From Homoserinimonas sp. (GTDB lineage Bacteria; Actinomycetota; Actinomycetes; Actinomycetales; Microbacteriaceae), in assembly GCA_023957835.1 (NCBI GenBank), contig JAMLGP010000001.1, positions 115,575 to 179,574 of the forward strand: DNA of 64,000 bases, read 5' to 3'. This document shows positions 37,045 to 45,449 of the stretch, in pieces. Below the pieces are notes generated by a model, which saw only the letters and a list, made by a program, of their open reading frames with translations, had not been told where the DNA came from and did no database searches. Made by a program: the position numbers and the translations under genes. Positions within the stretch are counted from its first letter, which is position 1; every line of letters starts with the position of its first letter.

Positions 37045-39540
37045 ATGGGAGCAAAAATGGGAATTACCGTCGTCAAGCGCAACGGGGCGCGAGAGCCATA
37101 CGACGCCAACAAGATCAACCTCGCGATCGAAAAGGCAAGCAAGGGCCTCGACGAATCGGTCACCTGGGTGACCCAGATCGCCAGCGAACTCGAGTTGACG
37201 CTCTTTGACGGGATTACCACCCAGCAACTGGATGAGGCGGTCATCCAGGTCGCATTGCAGAACGTCAAGGACGACCCCCAGTTCGACATCGTCGCAGCCA
37301 GACTGCTGCTCAAGACGATTTACAAAAAGGTGCTTGGCGACTACGAGACCGATGACGAACTTCGCCGACTGCACGTAGAGCACTTCGCCCCCAACCTTCG
37401 CCGCGGGGTCGAAGAGGGACTGCTCGATTCGAGGCTCACCGAAATGTTCGACCTCGACCGGCTTGCCGCCGCTCTCGAGCCCGACCGCGATGAACTGTTC
37501 AAGTACATCGGCGTTGTGACGCTAAACAATCGCTACGGAATCAAGGGCCGCAACGGCGACTCGCTTGAGGTGCCGCAGTACTTCTGGATGCGCATCTCGA
37601 TGGGACTGGCCCTGAACGAGGCAGACCCCACCACGCAGGCACTTCGCTTTTACGAGAAGATGTCGAAGCTCGAATATCTCGCCGCCGGCTCCACCCTCGT
37701 CAACGCGGGAACCAGTTACCCGCAGCTTGCCAATTGCTTCGTCATGGAAATGCAGGACGATATCGAGCACATCGCCAAGACCGTGCGGGACGTCATGTGG
37801 CTCACAAAGGGCACCGGCGGCATCGGCCTATCGGTTACAAAGCTGCGCGCCCAGGGCTCGCCGATCAGAAGCAACAACACGACATCCACCGGCCCGATTC
37901 CGTTCATGCACACGATCGACTCTGTGCTTCGCGCGGTAAGCCGCGGCGGCAAGAAGTTCGGAGCGCTCTGCTTCTACATGGAGAACTGGCACCTCGACTT
38001 CCAGGACTTCATCGACCTGCGCCAAAACTCCGGCGACCCGTATCGCCGCACCCGTACCGCAAACACCGCGGTGTGGATCAGCGACGAGTTCATGAAGCGG
38101 GTGCAAAACGACGACGACTGGTACCTGTTCGATCCGCTCGAGGTCGAGGACCTCAACGAGCTTTACGGTAAGGCGTTCTCTGAACGCTACGCCCACTACG
38201 CGGCTGAGGCGGATGCCGGCCGGCTGCACATGTTCAAGAAGATGAAGGCGCGCGAACAGTTCAAGGCGATCCTGATCTCGCTTTCGGCATCCAGCCACCC
38301 GTGGCTCACCTGGAAGGACACGATCAACAACCGCGCCCTCAACAACAACACCGGCACGATTCACCTCTCGAACCTTTGCACCGAAATCTGCCTGCCGCAG
38401 GACGAGAAGAACGTCTCGGTCTGCAACCTCGCTTCGATCAACCTCTCGCAGCACCTGATCGGCAGAGGGGCGGATGCCCGGATGGACTTCGCGAAGATCG
38501 AAGAGTCCGCGAGGGTCGCCATTCGCCAGCTCGACAACCTCATCGACATCACCAAGTCGAGCGTGCCCGAGGCCGACTTCTCCAACCAGCAGAACCGCGC
38601 AGTCGGGCTTGGGGTCATGGGCTTCACTGACGTGGTCGAGCGGCTCGGCCTTAGCTACGAGAGCGAAGAAGCATACGACCTGATCGACGAGATCATGGAG
38701 CACGTTTCCTGGGCGGCGATCGACGAGTCGACCGAGCTCGCGAAGGAGCGCGGTTCCTACCCGAACTTCGAGGGCTCCGGCTGGTCGAAGGGAATGGTTC
38801 CGCTGGACAGCATCGCGCGCACGGAGCAGGACCGCGGCGTCGAGATCAAGGTCAACCGCAAGAGCCGACTGGATTGGGACAGCATGCGGGCTAAGGTCAG
38901 GGGTGGAATGCGAAACGCTACCCTAATGGCGATTGCGCCGACCGCCTCGATCGGCCTGGTCGCGAGCACTACCCCCGGTCTCGACCCGCAGTTCGCCCAA
39001 ATCTTCAGCCGGTCGACTTCCAGCGGCAAGTTCCTCGAAGTCAACCGCAACCTCGTGGCGGATCTGCAGCGCCTCGGGCTTTGGGAGAAGGTGCGCGAGT
39101 CGATCCTGCGCAGCCAGGGCGACATCCAGATCATCAGTGAGATTCCGGAAGAGCTCAAGCGGGTTTACAAGACGAGCTTCCAGCTCTCTCCCTACGCGTT
39201 CCTCGAGGTCGCGGCGCGCGCCCAGAAGTGGATCGACCAGGCGATCAGCCGCAACATGTACCTCGAAACTCGCGACATCGGCGAGATGATGGACATCTAT
39301 TACGGCGCGTGGGAGCGAGGGGTCAAGACGACCTACTACCTGCACATGAAGCCGCGCCACCAGGCCGAGCAGTCGACCGTCAAGGTCAACAAGGCAGAGG
39401 AGATCGCCGATTCTGCGGGCCGCGGGTTCGGGGCGTCGAAAGCTGCGCAGGCGCCGGTCGAGGCCGTAGCGCCGGCTTCTATTCCGGCCAGGCGCGGCTT
39501 CGGCGGACTCAAAGTAACTAGTGAAAAGGAAGGTAAGTAG
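37045..39540 (+). CDS. nrdA: ribonucleoside-diphosphate reductase large subunit with one N-terminal ATP-cone
   Basis: ATP-cone VVKRNGAREPYDANKINLAIEKA. The active-site region NLCTEICLP and the C-terminal tail are typical of class I R1; 831 aa. Confidence 0.9.
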   Translation: MGAKMGITVVKRNGAREPYDANKINLAIEKASKGLDESVTWVTQIASELELTLFDGITTQQLDEAVIQVALQNVKDDPQFDIVAARLLLKTIYKKVLGDYETDDELRRLHVEHFAPNLRRGVEEGLLDSRLTEMFDLDRLAAALEPDRDELFKYIGVVTLNNRYGIKGRNGDSLEVPQYFWMRISMGLALNEADPTTQALRFYEKMSKLEYLAAGSTLVNAGTSYPQLANCFVMEMQDDIEHIAKTVRDVMWLTKGTGGIGLSVTKLRAQGSPIRSNNTTSTGPIPFMHTIDSVLRAVSRGGKKFGALCFYMENWHLDFQDFIDLRQNSGDPYRRTRTANTAVWISDEFMKRVQNDDDWYLFDPLEVEDLNELYGKAFSERYAHYAAEADAGRLHMFKKMKAREQFKAILISLSASSHPWLTWKDTINNRALNNNTGTIHLSNLCTEICLPQDEKNVSVCNLASINLSQHLIGRGADARMDFAKIEESARVAIRQLDNLIDITKSSVPEADFSNQQNRAVGLGVMGFTDVVERLGLSYESEEAYDLIDEIMEHVSWAAIDESTELAKERGSYPNFEGSGWSKGMVPLDSIARTEQDRGVEIKVNRKSRLDWDSMRAKVRGGMRNATLMAIAPTASIGLVASTTPGLDPQFAQIFSRSTSSGKFLEVNRNLVADLQRLGLWEKVRESILRSQGDIQIISEIPEELKRVYKTSFQLSPYAFLEVAARAQKWIDQAISRNMYLETRDIGEMMDIYYGAWERGVKTTYYLHMKPRHQAEQSTVKVNKAEEIADSAGRGFGASKAAQAPVEAVAPASIPARRGFGGLKVTSEKEGK

Positions 39541-39543
39541 ACG

Positions 39544-40545
39544 ATGGCTGGCATTCTGGGGACCGGGGTTCAGGAGGGGCTGCTGCTCAAGCCGGTCAAG
39601 TACCAGTGGGCAATGGATTTGTATGACCAGGCGGTGGCAAACACCTGGTTCCCGAACGAAATCCAGCTCGACCAGGACATCGCAGACTTCAAACGGATGA
39701 CCGATGAGGAGCGCCATGCGATCACCTTCCTCATGAGCTACTTCAATCCGAACGAGCTGCTCGTCAACAAGGCGCTCGCGTTCGGGGTCTACCCGTACCT
39801 CAACGCGGCAGAGGCGCACCTCTACCTCGCCAAGCAAATGTGGGAGGAAGCCAACCACTGCATGAGCTTCGAGTACGTGCTCGAGACCTTCCCGATCGAT
39901 CGCGAGGAGGCCTACAACTCCCACGTCGACGTACCCTCGATGGCGCGCAAGGAGGAGTTCCAGGTCAAATACATCCGCCGGATGACCGAGGACACTCTCG
40001 ATATCACCACGACCGAGGGCAAGCAGGATTTCGTTCGCAATCTCGTCGCCTACAACATCATCCTCGAGGGGATCTGGTTCTACTCGGGCTTCATGGTCGC
40101 CCTGAGCTTCAGGCAGCGCAACCTCCTGCGCAACTTCGGTTCGCTAATGGACTGGATCATTCGCGACGAGAGCCTGCACCTCAAGTTCGGCATCAACCTC
40201 ATCCTGACCGTGCTCGATGAGAACCCGGAACTGCAAACCCCCGAGTTCGCCTCCGAGATCAAGCAGATGATTCTGGATGCGGTGGAGATGGAAGAGGCCT
40301 ACAACGAGGACTTGCTCCCCGGCGGCATCCTCGGCCTCAACGCGAGCTACATCAACCAGTACGTCAAGTACCTGGCCGACCGCCGCCTCGAAGAACTCGG
40401 CTTCGACGCCGAATACAAGGTCTCCAACCCCGCCAAGTGGATGGCCACCGCCAACGACACCTACGAACTCGTCAACTTCTTCGAGTCGACCAACACCTCC
40501 TACGAGGCCAACGCAAAGGCGGTTACCGGGACGAAGAAGGAGTAA
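39544..40545 (+). CDS. nrdB: ribonucleotide reductase small subunit, class Ic-like (Phe at the radical-Tyr position)
   Basis: Metal ligands are NELLV (Glu where class Ia has Asp), EEANH, ILEGIWFY and RDESLH. The residue four positions after the first His is Phe (HCMSF). Confidence 0.85.
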   Translation: MAGILGTGVQEGLLLKPVKYQWAMDLYDQAVANTWFPNEIQLDQDIADFKRMTDEERHAITFLMSYFNPNELLVNKALAFGVYPYLNAAEAHLYLAKQMWEEANHCMSFEYVLETFPIDREEAYNSHVDVPSMARKEEFQVKYIRRMTEDTLDITTTEGKQDFVRNLVAYNIILEGIWFYSGFMVALSFRQRNLLRNFGSLMDWIIRDESLHLKFGINLILTVLDENPELQTPEFASEIKQMILDAVEMEEAYNEDLLPGGILGLNASYINQYVKYLADRRLEELGFDAEYKVSNPAKWMATANDTYELVNFFESTNTSYEANAKAVTGTKKE

Positions 40546-40620
40546 GGCGGGACGTTTAGACCTCAGCGGGAGTGCGTCGTTTGCCTACCAAGGGGACTTT
40601 CGCGACGCTACCCGCATCGT

Positions 40621-40715
40621 GTACTTTAGTTTCGTACGGGATTCCCAATAAGGTTCTGGCCGAAAGGTTGCAGAACTGACTTCTCGCCCTCCTTCGGGAG
40701 GGCATTCCCGTTTTT
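40621..40715 (+). ncRNA. predicted tracrRNA of the type II-C system (5' end uncertain)
   Basis: 40636..40649 ACGGGATTCCCAAT pairs over 14 bp with the first 14 nt of the minus-strand repeat GTTGGGAATCCCGT. 40627..40633 TTTAGTT pairs with repeat nt 26-32 AACTAGA. A TAAGG nexus-like junction follows, then hairpin GTTCTG-GCCGAAAGGTTG-CAGAAC (40653..40676), then GCCCTCC-TTCG-GGAGGGC (40686..40703) and TTTTT (40711..40715). The cas9 ATG is 38 nt downstream. Confidence 0.7.
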
Positions 40716-40752
40716 ATTGCTGAATATCGGTGGTATGGGATAAGAATTGCTC

Positions 40753-43700
40753 ATGTCCACATTCATCGTTGGAACTGACGTTGGTCAGAACTCAGTTGGT
40801 CTCGCGACTATCGAAGTTGATGAGAATAACTTCCCAGTTTCTATTCCAAATCTTCTGGTCGTATTGCACGACAGCGGTAAAGATGGCATGGCTTCGGGGC
40901 AGACTGCGTCTGTTAGTCGAAAAGCCTCCGGCGGCGTGGCACGCAGAGTGCGAAGACTGTTGAGAAATCGTCGCCGACGCGCACTGAAGTTGGAACAGGG
41001 TCTCGCAGAACGTGGCTACCCAGTGCCGCCTAGAGATAGCCCGACGACCTATGGGCCGTGGGAGGCAAGAAGCGAACTCCTGGCGGGCCCGATCGAATCC
41101 GACCAGAGACGGCGGGAGATGTTATCACTCGCAATCAGGCACATGTCCAATCATCGTGGGTGGGCTAACGCCTGGGTTTCGCTTGAGTCCTATTGGAACG
41201 AAGAAGAACCGAGTAAGGAGTTTCAAACCGCGGTCGAAGTTGCTCGTGAGAAGGCGGGTTTAGGTGGTGAATTCCTGAGCGAACCAAGATTTCAAGCTGA
41301 CTTGGCGAGGTATGGCTGGTCAAATGAGTTCCAGCTTCGCCCAAGGAAGAACGCAGACCCAGACCGCCCGCATCTACTCGGAACTCAGCGGCGGGTCGAT
41401 GTGGTGCGCGAATGGCGAGAGATTTGCAGTGTTCAGGGTCTACCCAGAGAAGAGTTTGAGTTCTTCGCAAAACGTGCATTTGCCCAGGAGAAGCCAAAGG
41501 TTCCAATTGAGAGAGTTGGGAACGACTGGTTGCCAGGTTTTGAGAATAAGAAGCGTGCCTCTGTCTCTTCACTTGAACATCAAGAGTTCAAGATAAGACA
41601 AGTGGTCGCGAATCTTGCGGTTCGACCATCGCCTCGATCTCGCGAGCGCGAGCGCCTGACGGCCGAGCAACAGAATTTAATCGTCGATCACTTGATGAGC
41701 GTCACTTCGAAGGATGAGCAGCCCAGGTGGCAGGATGTAGCTGAATCGTTTCTTGGGATTGAGCCGAACCTGCTAGTCCATTTCGAGCCCGAGGAACAGC
41801 TCGGCGGACTGGCTCCAATCAACAACTCTGTCCTTCAGGTGCATTCGCTCCCTGCCAAGCATCCGGTTCGTCAGTGGTGGATCGAAGCCGCGCCTGCATC
41901 TCGGCGGTCATTCTTGCTGAACTTTGCCGATCCGGCAGAGACCGAGATTCCGGAGGAAATCGCTGCTCAACTTGAGTCGATTGTCATGGATCTAAATGAG
42001 AAGGAGCTCGATTCCTTCTTGAAACTGAAGTTTGCATCCGGCCGTTCAGCTCACTCGCTCGAAGCACTCGAGATGCTAAATCGCGAGATCGAGTTAAGTG
42101 GCGACCCATATGTCACAGTGAGAAATCGATTGTTCGGGGAGGCAACGAACAAGGGGCCCACTGCTGAGAATCTCGACGCTCAATCGGATCACCCAACGCT
42201 TCAGCGGATTATCCCAATTATCAGGCGATATTTACTTGGGTTGGAGCGCCAGGGGAAGAAGCCTTCGCGAGTTGTGATTGAGCACGTGAGAGATGCCTTT
42301 CTTGGATTCCAAGCCAAACAGGAGGCATCCCTGGAAATGATTCGGAATCGTAAGTCACGTGAAGTCGCGAAGCAGGACATTGCAAACTCCGGATACATCA
42401 CAAACGCAGAAAACGCCGACGACGGAATGATCCGCAAGTTCCAGGCGTTTAGGAGGCAGAACAGCGAGTGCCTCTATTGCGGCGCGACCCCCGGTTGGAC
42501 CGGGATGGAGATGGATCACATCGTTCCTCGAGCTTCCGGCGGGAACTCCACCCGTGCGAATCTGGTTGCCGTATGCCGCGATTGCAACGCGGCCAAAGGG
42601 AAGCTTCCATTTGCGCAATTTGCGGCTTCAGGAAAGCGTCCGGGGGTGAGCCTGAGTGACGCCATCGAGCGAGTTCGTAGCTATTTGCAATTTGAACTCG
42701 ATCGAAAGCAACTTGAACGGCTCAAGAAGGAAACCATCCGAAGGCTCAAGCAAACTGAAGAAGATGAACCAATCGATGAGCGCGCGCTGGCAAGCACAGC
42801 CTATGCCGCGGTAGAGGTTCGACGAAGGGTCATGGAGAGCCTTGAATTGCCAAGCCAGGACGTGCCGGTTTATTCCGGAAAGATAGTGAGCGCCGCACGA
42901 CATTCAAGCGGTGTCGACAAGATCATCGCGCTTCGCGAAGGGATCGATGTCAAGACCCGATTCGATCGCAGGCACCATGCAATCGATGCAGCAGTCGTCG
43001 CGATGATGAACCCTTCGGTGGCAAGGACACTTGCCGAGCGGGATGACTTGCGAAATGCCGAGCGCGCGCTAGGCGAGCAAACAGGTTGGCGCGAGTACGA
43101 AGGTTCGACGCCTGCTGCGCGCGAGAAGTTCTCGCAATGGAAAGCATCGATGAAGCGCCTCTCAGAATTGATTCGCGAAAAGGTTGAGGCGGACGAGGTG
43201 GTTGTCATGCAGCCAGTTCGCTACTCTGCGCACCACGCGGCTCTGCACCTCGACGGCAAGTCCCCTCACGTTCGCAAACGTCTTGGGGAGGCCTGGACTG
43301 GTGAAGAGCGCGCTCGAATCGTGGACGACAAGGTTTACGAAGCCGTATCCGGTACTACTCGCCCAAGCGACAGCCAGCCCGAGGACGCTACTAGATCGAT
43401 CGTGTTACCGAATGGGCAGAAGCTCGAGGCAAGCGGTGACATCTACTTGTTCCCGTCTTTAGCTGCTAGGCAGCCTTTACCAAACGCGGCTTCCGCAGAA
43501 CTTGGGCCGACTATGCATCATGTACGGCTATTTCGGTGGCCCGATAAGAAGGATGGTTGGAAGGCAGGGATAATCAGGGTTTGGGCTTCGGATCTGTACG
43601 ACCTTGAAGGTGGTGTAGGTGCGGATGTATTGACCGCGCCACTATTGGCGTCGTCGCGTGCGGTGCGTCGAGCGAATGGCACTCGTGACGGAGTGCGAAA

Positions 43701-44121
43701 TGCGATCCACGAAGGAGTAGCAGAGCACGTGGGGACCTTCGTCATTGGAGACGAAATCATAATCGACCCAAGAGAGTGGGTGGGCAGCAGCGAACCAGCG
43801 AGATTTCTGGGTGAGTTTCCAGAATCACATTGGAAGCTACTTGGTGCGATGAGTGACTTGCAGTTCACTCTTGGGCCAATTCACCTCTCAAGAGAAGGAA
43901 TTCTTGAGCGAGACGATGATCCCACAGCATCCAAACGAGTGAAGGTCTCTCCACTAGCAAAAAAAGTGATCGGGGATCGAATGCTGATTACAGCTTCAAC
44001 TCTGTGGAGAACAAGGGCAACTCGTGTGGTTAGGCGAACCGCCCTTGGTTCGGAACGGCTCAGTGGTACTTCCGGGATGCCATCTTCTTGGACCCCTTAT
44101 GAGGCGGTTTACGGAAGCTAA
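40753..44121 (+). CDS. cas9: type II-C Cas9 endonuclease (1122 aa)
   Basis: RuvC-I is IVGTDVGQNSVGLA. The Arg-rich bridge helix is ARRVRRLLRNRRRRALKL. RuvC-II is VVIEHVRD. HNH is YCGATPGWTGMEMDHIVPRASGGNSTRANLVAVCRDCNAAKG. RuvC-III is RHHAIDAAVVAM. Confidence 0.95.
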   Translation: MSTFIVGTDVGQNSVGLATIEVDENNFPVSIPNLLVVLHDSGKDGMASGQTASVSRKASGGVARRVRRLLRNRRRRALKLEQGLAERGYPVPPRDSPTTYGPWEARSELLAGPIESDQRRREMLSLAIRHMSNHRGWANAWVSLESYWNEEEPSKEFQTAVEVAREKAGLGGEFLSEPRFQADLARYGWSNEFQLRPRKNADPDRPHLLGTQRRVDVVREWREICSVQGLPREEFEFFAKRAFAQEKPKVPIERVGNDWLPGFENKKRASVSSLEHQEFKIRQVVANLAVRPSPRSRERERLTAEQQNLIVDHLMSVTSKDEQPRWQDVAESFLGIEPNLLVHFEPEEQLGGLAPINNSVLQVHSLPAKHPVRQWWIEAAPASRRSFLLNFADPAETEIPEEIAAQLESIVMDLNEKELDSFLKLKFASGRSAHSLEALEMLNREIELSGDPYVTVRNRLFGEATNKGPTAENLDAQSDHPTLQRIIPIIRRYLLGLERQGKKPSRVVIEHVRDAFLGFQAKQEASLEMIRNRKSREVAKQDIANSGYITNAENADDGMIRKFQAFRRQNSECLYCGATPGWTGMEMDHIVPRASGGNSTRANLVAVCRDCNAAKGKLPFAQFAASGKRPGVSLSDAIERVRSYLQFELDRKQLERLKKETIRRLKQTEEDEPIDERALASTAYAAVEVRRRVMESLELPSQDVPVYSGKIVSAARHSSGVDKIIALREGIDVKTRFDRRHHAIDAAVVAMMNPSVARTLAERDDLRNAERALGEQTGWREYEGSTPAAREKFSQWKASMKRLSELIREKVEADEVVVMQPVRYSAHHAALHLDGKSPHVRKRLGEAWTGEERARIVDDKVYEAVSGTTRPSDSQPEDATRSIVLPNGQKLEASGDIYLFPSLAARQPLPNAASAELGPTMHHVRLFRWPDKKDGWKAGIIRVWASDLYDLEGGVGADVLTAPLLASSRAVRRANGTRDGVRNAIHEGVAEHVGTFVIGDEIIIDPREWVGSSEPARFLGEFPESHWKLLGAMSDLQFTLGPIHLSREGILERDDDPTASKRVKVSPLAKKVIGDRMLITASTLWRTRATRVVRRTALGSERLSGTSGMPSSWTPYEAVYGS

Positions 44122-44127
44122 ATGTGA

Positions 44128-45042
44128 ATGACGGCCGGGCGTCAAGTTATCGATGCAACCCGCCTCGACGGGGCGATAACTTCCGTGCCTGGCGGGGTTG
44201 CAGTCGGCGGCACTCGCGTGCCACTTGAGGACGTCGCCGTCCTTTTGATGGGGGGCACGACCACGATTAGTGGTGGCGCATTGACGAAGCTTGCTCGATA
44301 CCAGGTGATCATTCTCAATTGCGATTGGCGGGGAGTTCCCGATCTGGTCGCCTACGGTTGGAGCGACAACTCGAGAATCGCCAGCAGGCATCGAGCTCAA
44401 GCTGAACTGAGTGAACCAAGACGCAAGAGCGCCTGGCAAGCAATTGTCAAAGCCAAGATTCTTGGGCAGCAGCGGAATCTTGAGTTTCTTGGGATTAGAG
44501 AGGCCGTGCGACTCGCAAACATCCGCAAGGAAGTCAGGTCCGGGGATCCGGCCAATTGCGAGGCCCAGGCTGCCAGGGTTTATTGGGAATGTCTGTTCGA
44601 GGGCACTGAATTTTCTCGGACACCTGGCGGGGAAGATCGCCTAAATTCCCTCTTGAACTACGGCTATGCGGTGGCTCGCGGTTTTGTAATTCAGGCGGTT
44701 TGTATCGCGGGCCTTTGGCCGAGTTACGGGCTCTGGCACCGGAATCGTTCGAACACTTTTGTCCTAGCCGACGACCTCATCGAGCCGTTTCGCCCGGCCG
44801 TTGACTTCTGCGTTGCGACCATGGCGCCGGAGCTGACTCTCGATGACAGAGACGCTAAACGAAGACTGGTAGCTGTGACCTCCGAAGCGATGGACAGAAC
44901 GGGAGCATCAGTCGCAACTTCCATGCGGGACTTCGCCAGCCAACTGGCTATGTATGTGGAGGGGGACAAGGAGAACTTATCGCCTCCGTCCTGGCGCCCG
45001 TCCACGGGAGATCAACTCTTCGATGAGGGCGAGGATGGCTGA
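44128..45042 (+). CDS. cas1: CRISPR-associated endonuclease Cas1
   Basis: NSLLNYGYAVARGFV...GLWHRNRSNTFVLADDLIEPFRPAVD core; 304 aa. It starts 7 nt after cas9. Confidence 0.93.
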   Translation: MTAGRQVIDATRLDGAITSVPGGVAVGGTRVPLEDVAVLLMGGTTTISGGALTKLARYQVIILNCDWRGVPDLVAYGWSDNSRIASRHRAQAELSEPRRKSAWQAIVKAKILGQQRNLEFLGIREAVRLANIRKEVRSGDPANCEAQAARVYWECLFEGTEFSRTPGGEDRLNSLLNYGYAVARGFVIQAVCIAGLWPSYGLWHRNRSNTFVLADDLIEPFRPAVDFCVATMAPELTLDDRDAKRRLVAVTSEAMDRTGASVATSMRDFASQLAMYVEGDKENLSPPSWRPSTGDQLFDEGEDG

Positions 45043-45352
45043 TCCTGTGTGGCTCTTGGTCATGTTCGACCTGCCTGTGCTCGAAAAAGAGCAGAGGCGT
45101 GAAGCGAATGCCTACAGAAAGCTCCTATTGAACCGAGGGTTCTCGAGGGTTCAGCTTTCGGTCTACTGCAGATACATGATTAACGCGACAGCGACGCTCC
45201 CGATAATTGAATACCTTAAGTCGACTGTTCCAGATGAGGGCTACGTCCGAATACTTCAGCTATCGGATCGTCAGTGGTCCAAGGGTTGGCACCTCTATGG
45301 AGACAAGTACATTCCTCCGGAGGAGGCACCTGAGCAACTTTTGCTCTTCTAG
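45035..45352 (+). CDS. cas2: CRISPR-associated endoribonuclease Cas2
   Basis: MADPVWLLVMFDLPV...VQLSVY; 105 aa. It overlaps the cas1 stop by 8 nt. Confidence 0.9.
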   Translation: MADPVWLLVMFDLPVLEKEQRREANAYRKLLLNRGFSRVQLSVYCRYMINATATLPIIEYLKSTVPDEGYVRILQLSDRQWSKGWHLYGDKYIPPEEAPEQLLLF

Positions 45353-45409
45353 CCAACCGTTTGGTCGACCTGAGGTACGCGCGACAGCAAATTTCACTCG
45401 CTCGAAAGA

Positions 45410-45444
45410 GGCCGGATCCCTTGATTTCCAAGGGATCCAAGGCC
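45410..45444. terminator. strong hairpin between cas2 and the array (candidate bidirectional terminator)
   Basis: GGCC-GGATCCCTTG-atttc-CAAGGGATCC-aa-GGCC: a perfect 10-bp core stem plus an outer 4 bp. No long U-tract on either side. Confidence 0.5.
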
Positions 45445-45449
45445 TCTCT

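Noticed and set aside
40621-40715. Alternative model: tracrRNA on the minus strand pairing with plus-strand crRNAs
   Set aside because: The complementarity would then involve the 3' end of the repeat, which is trimmed from known mature crRNAs. The anti-repeat would lie at the 3' end of the transcript with no downstream hairpins or terminator, and the repeat would start CAAG instead of the usual GTT.
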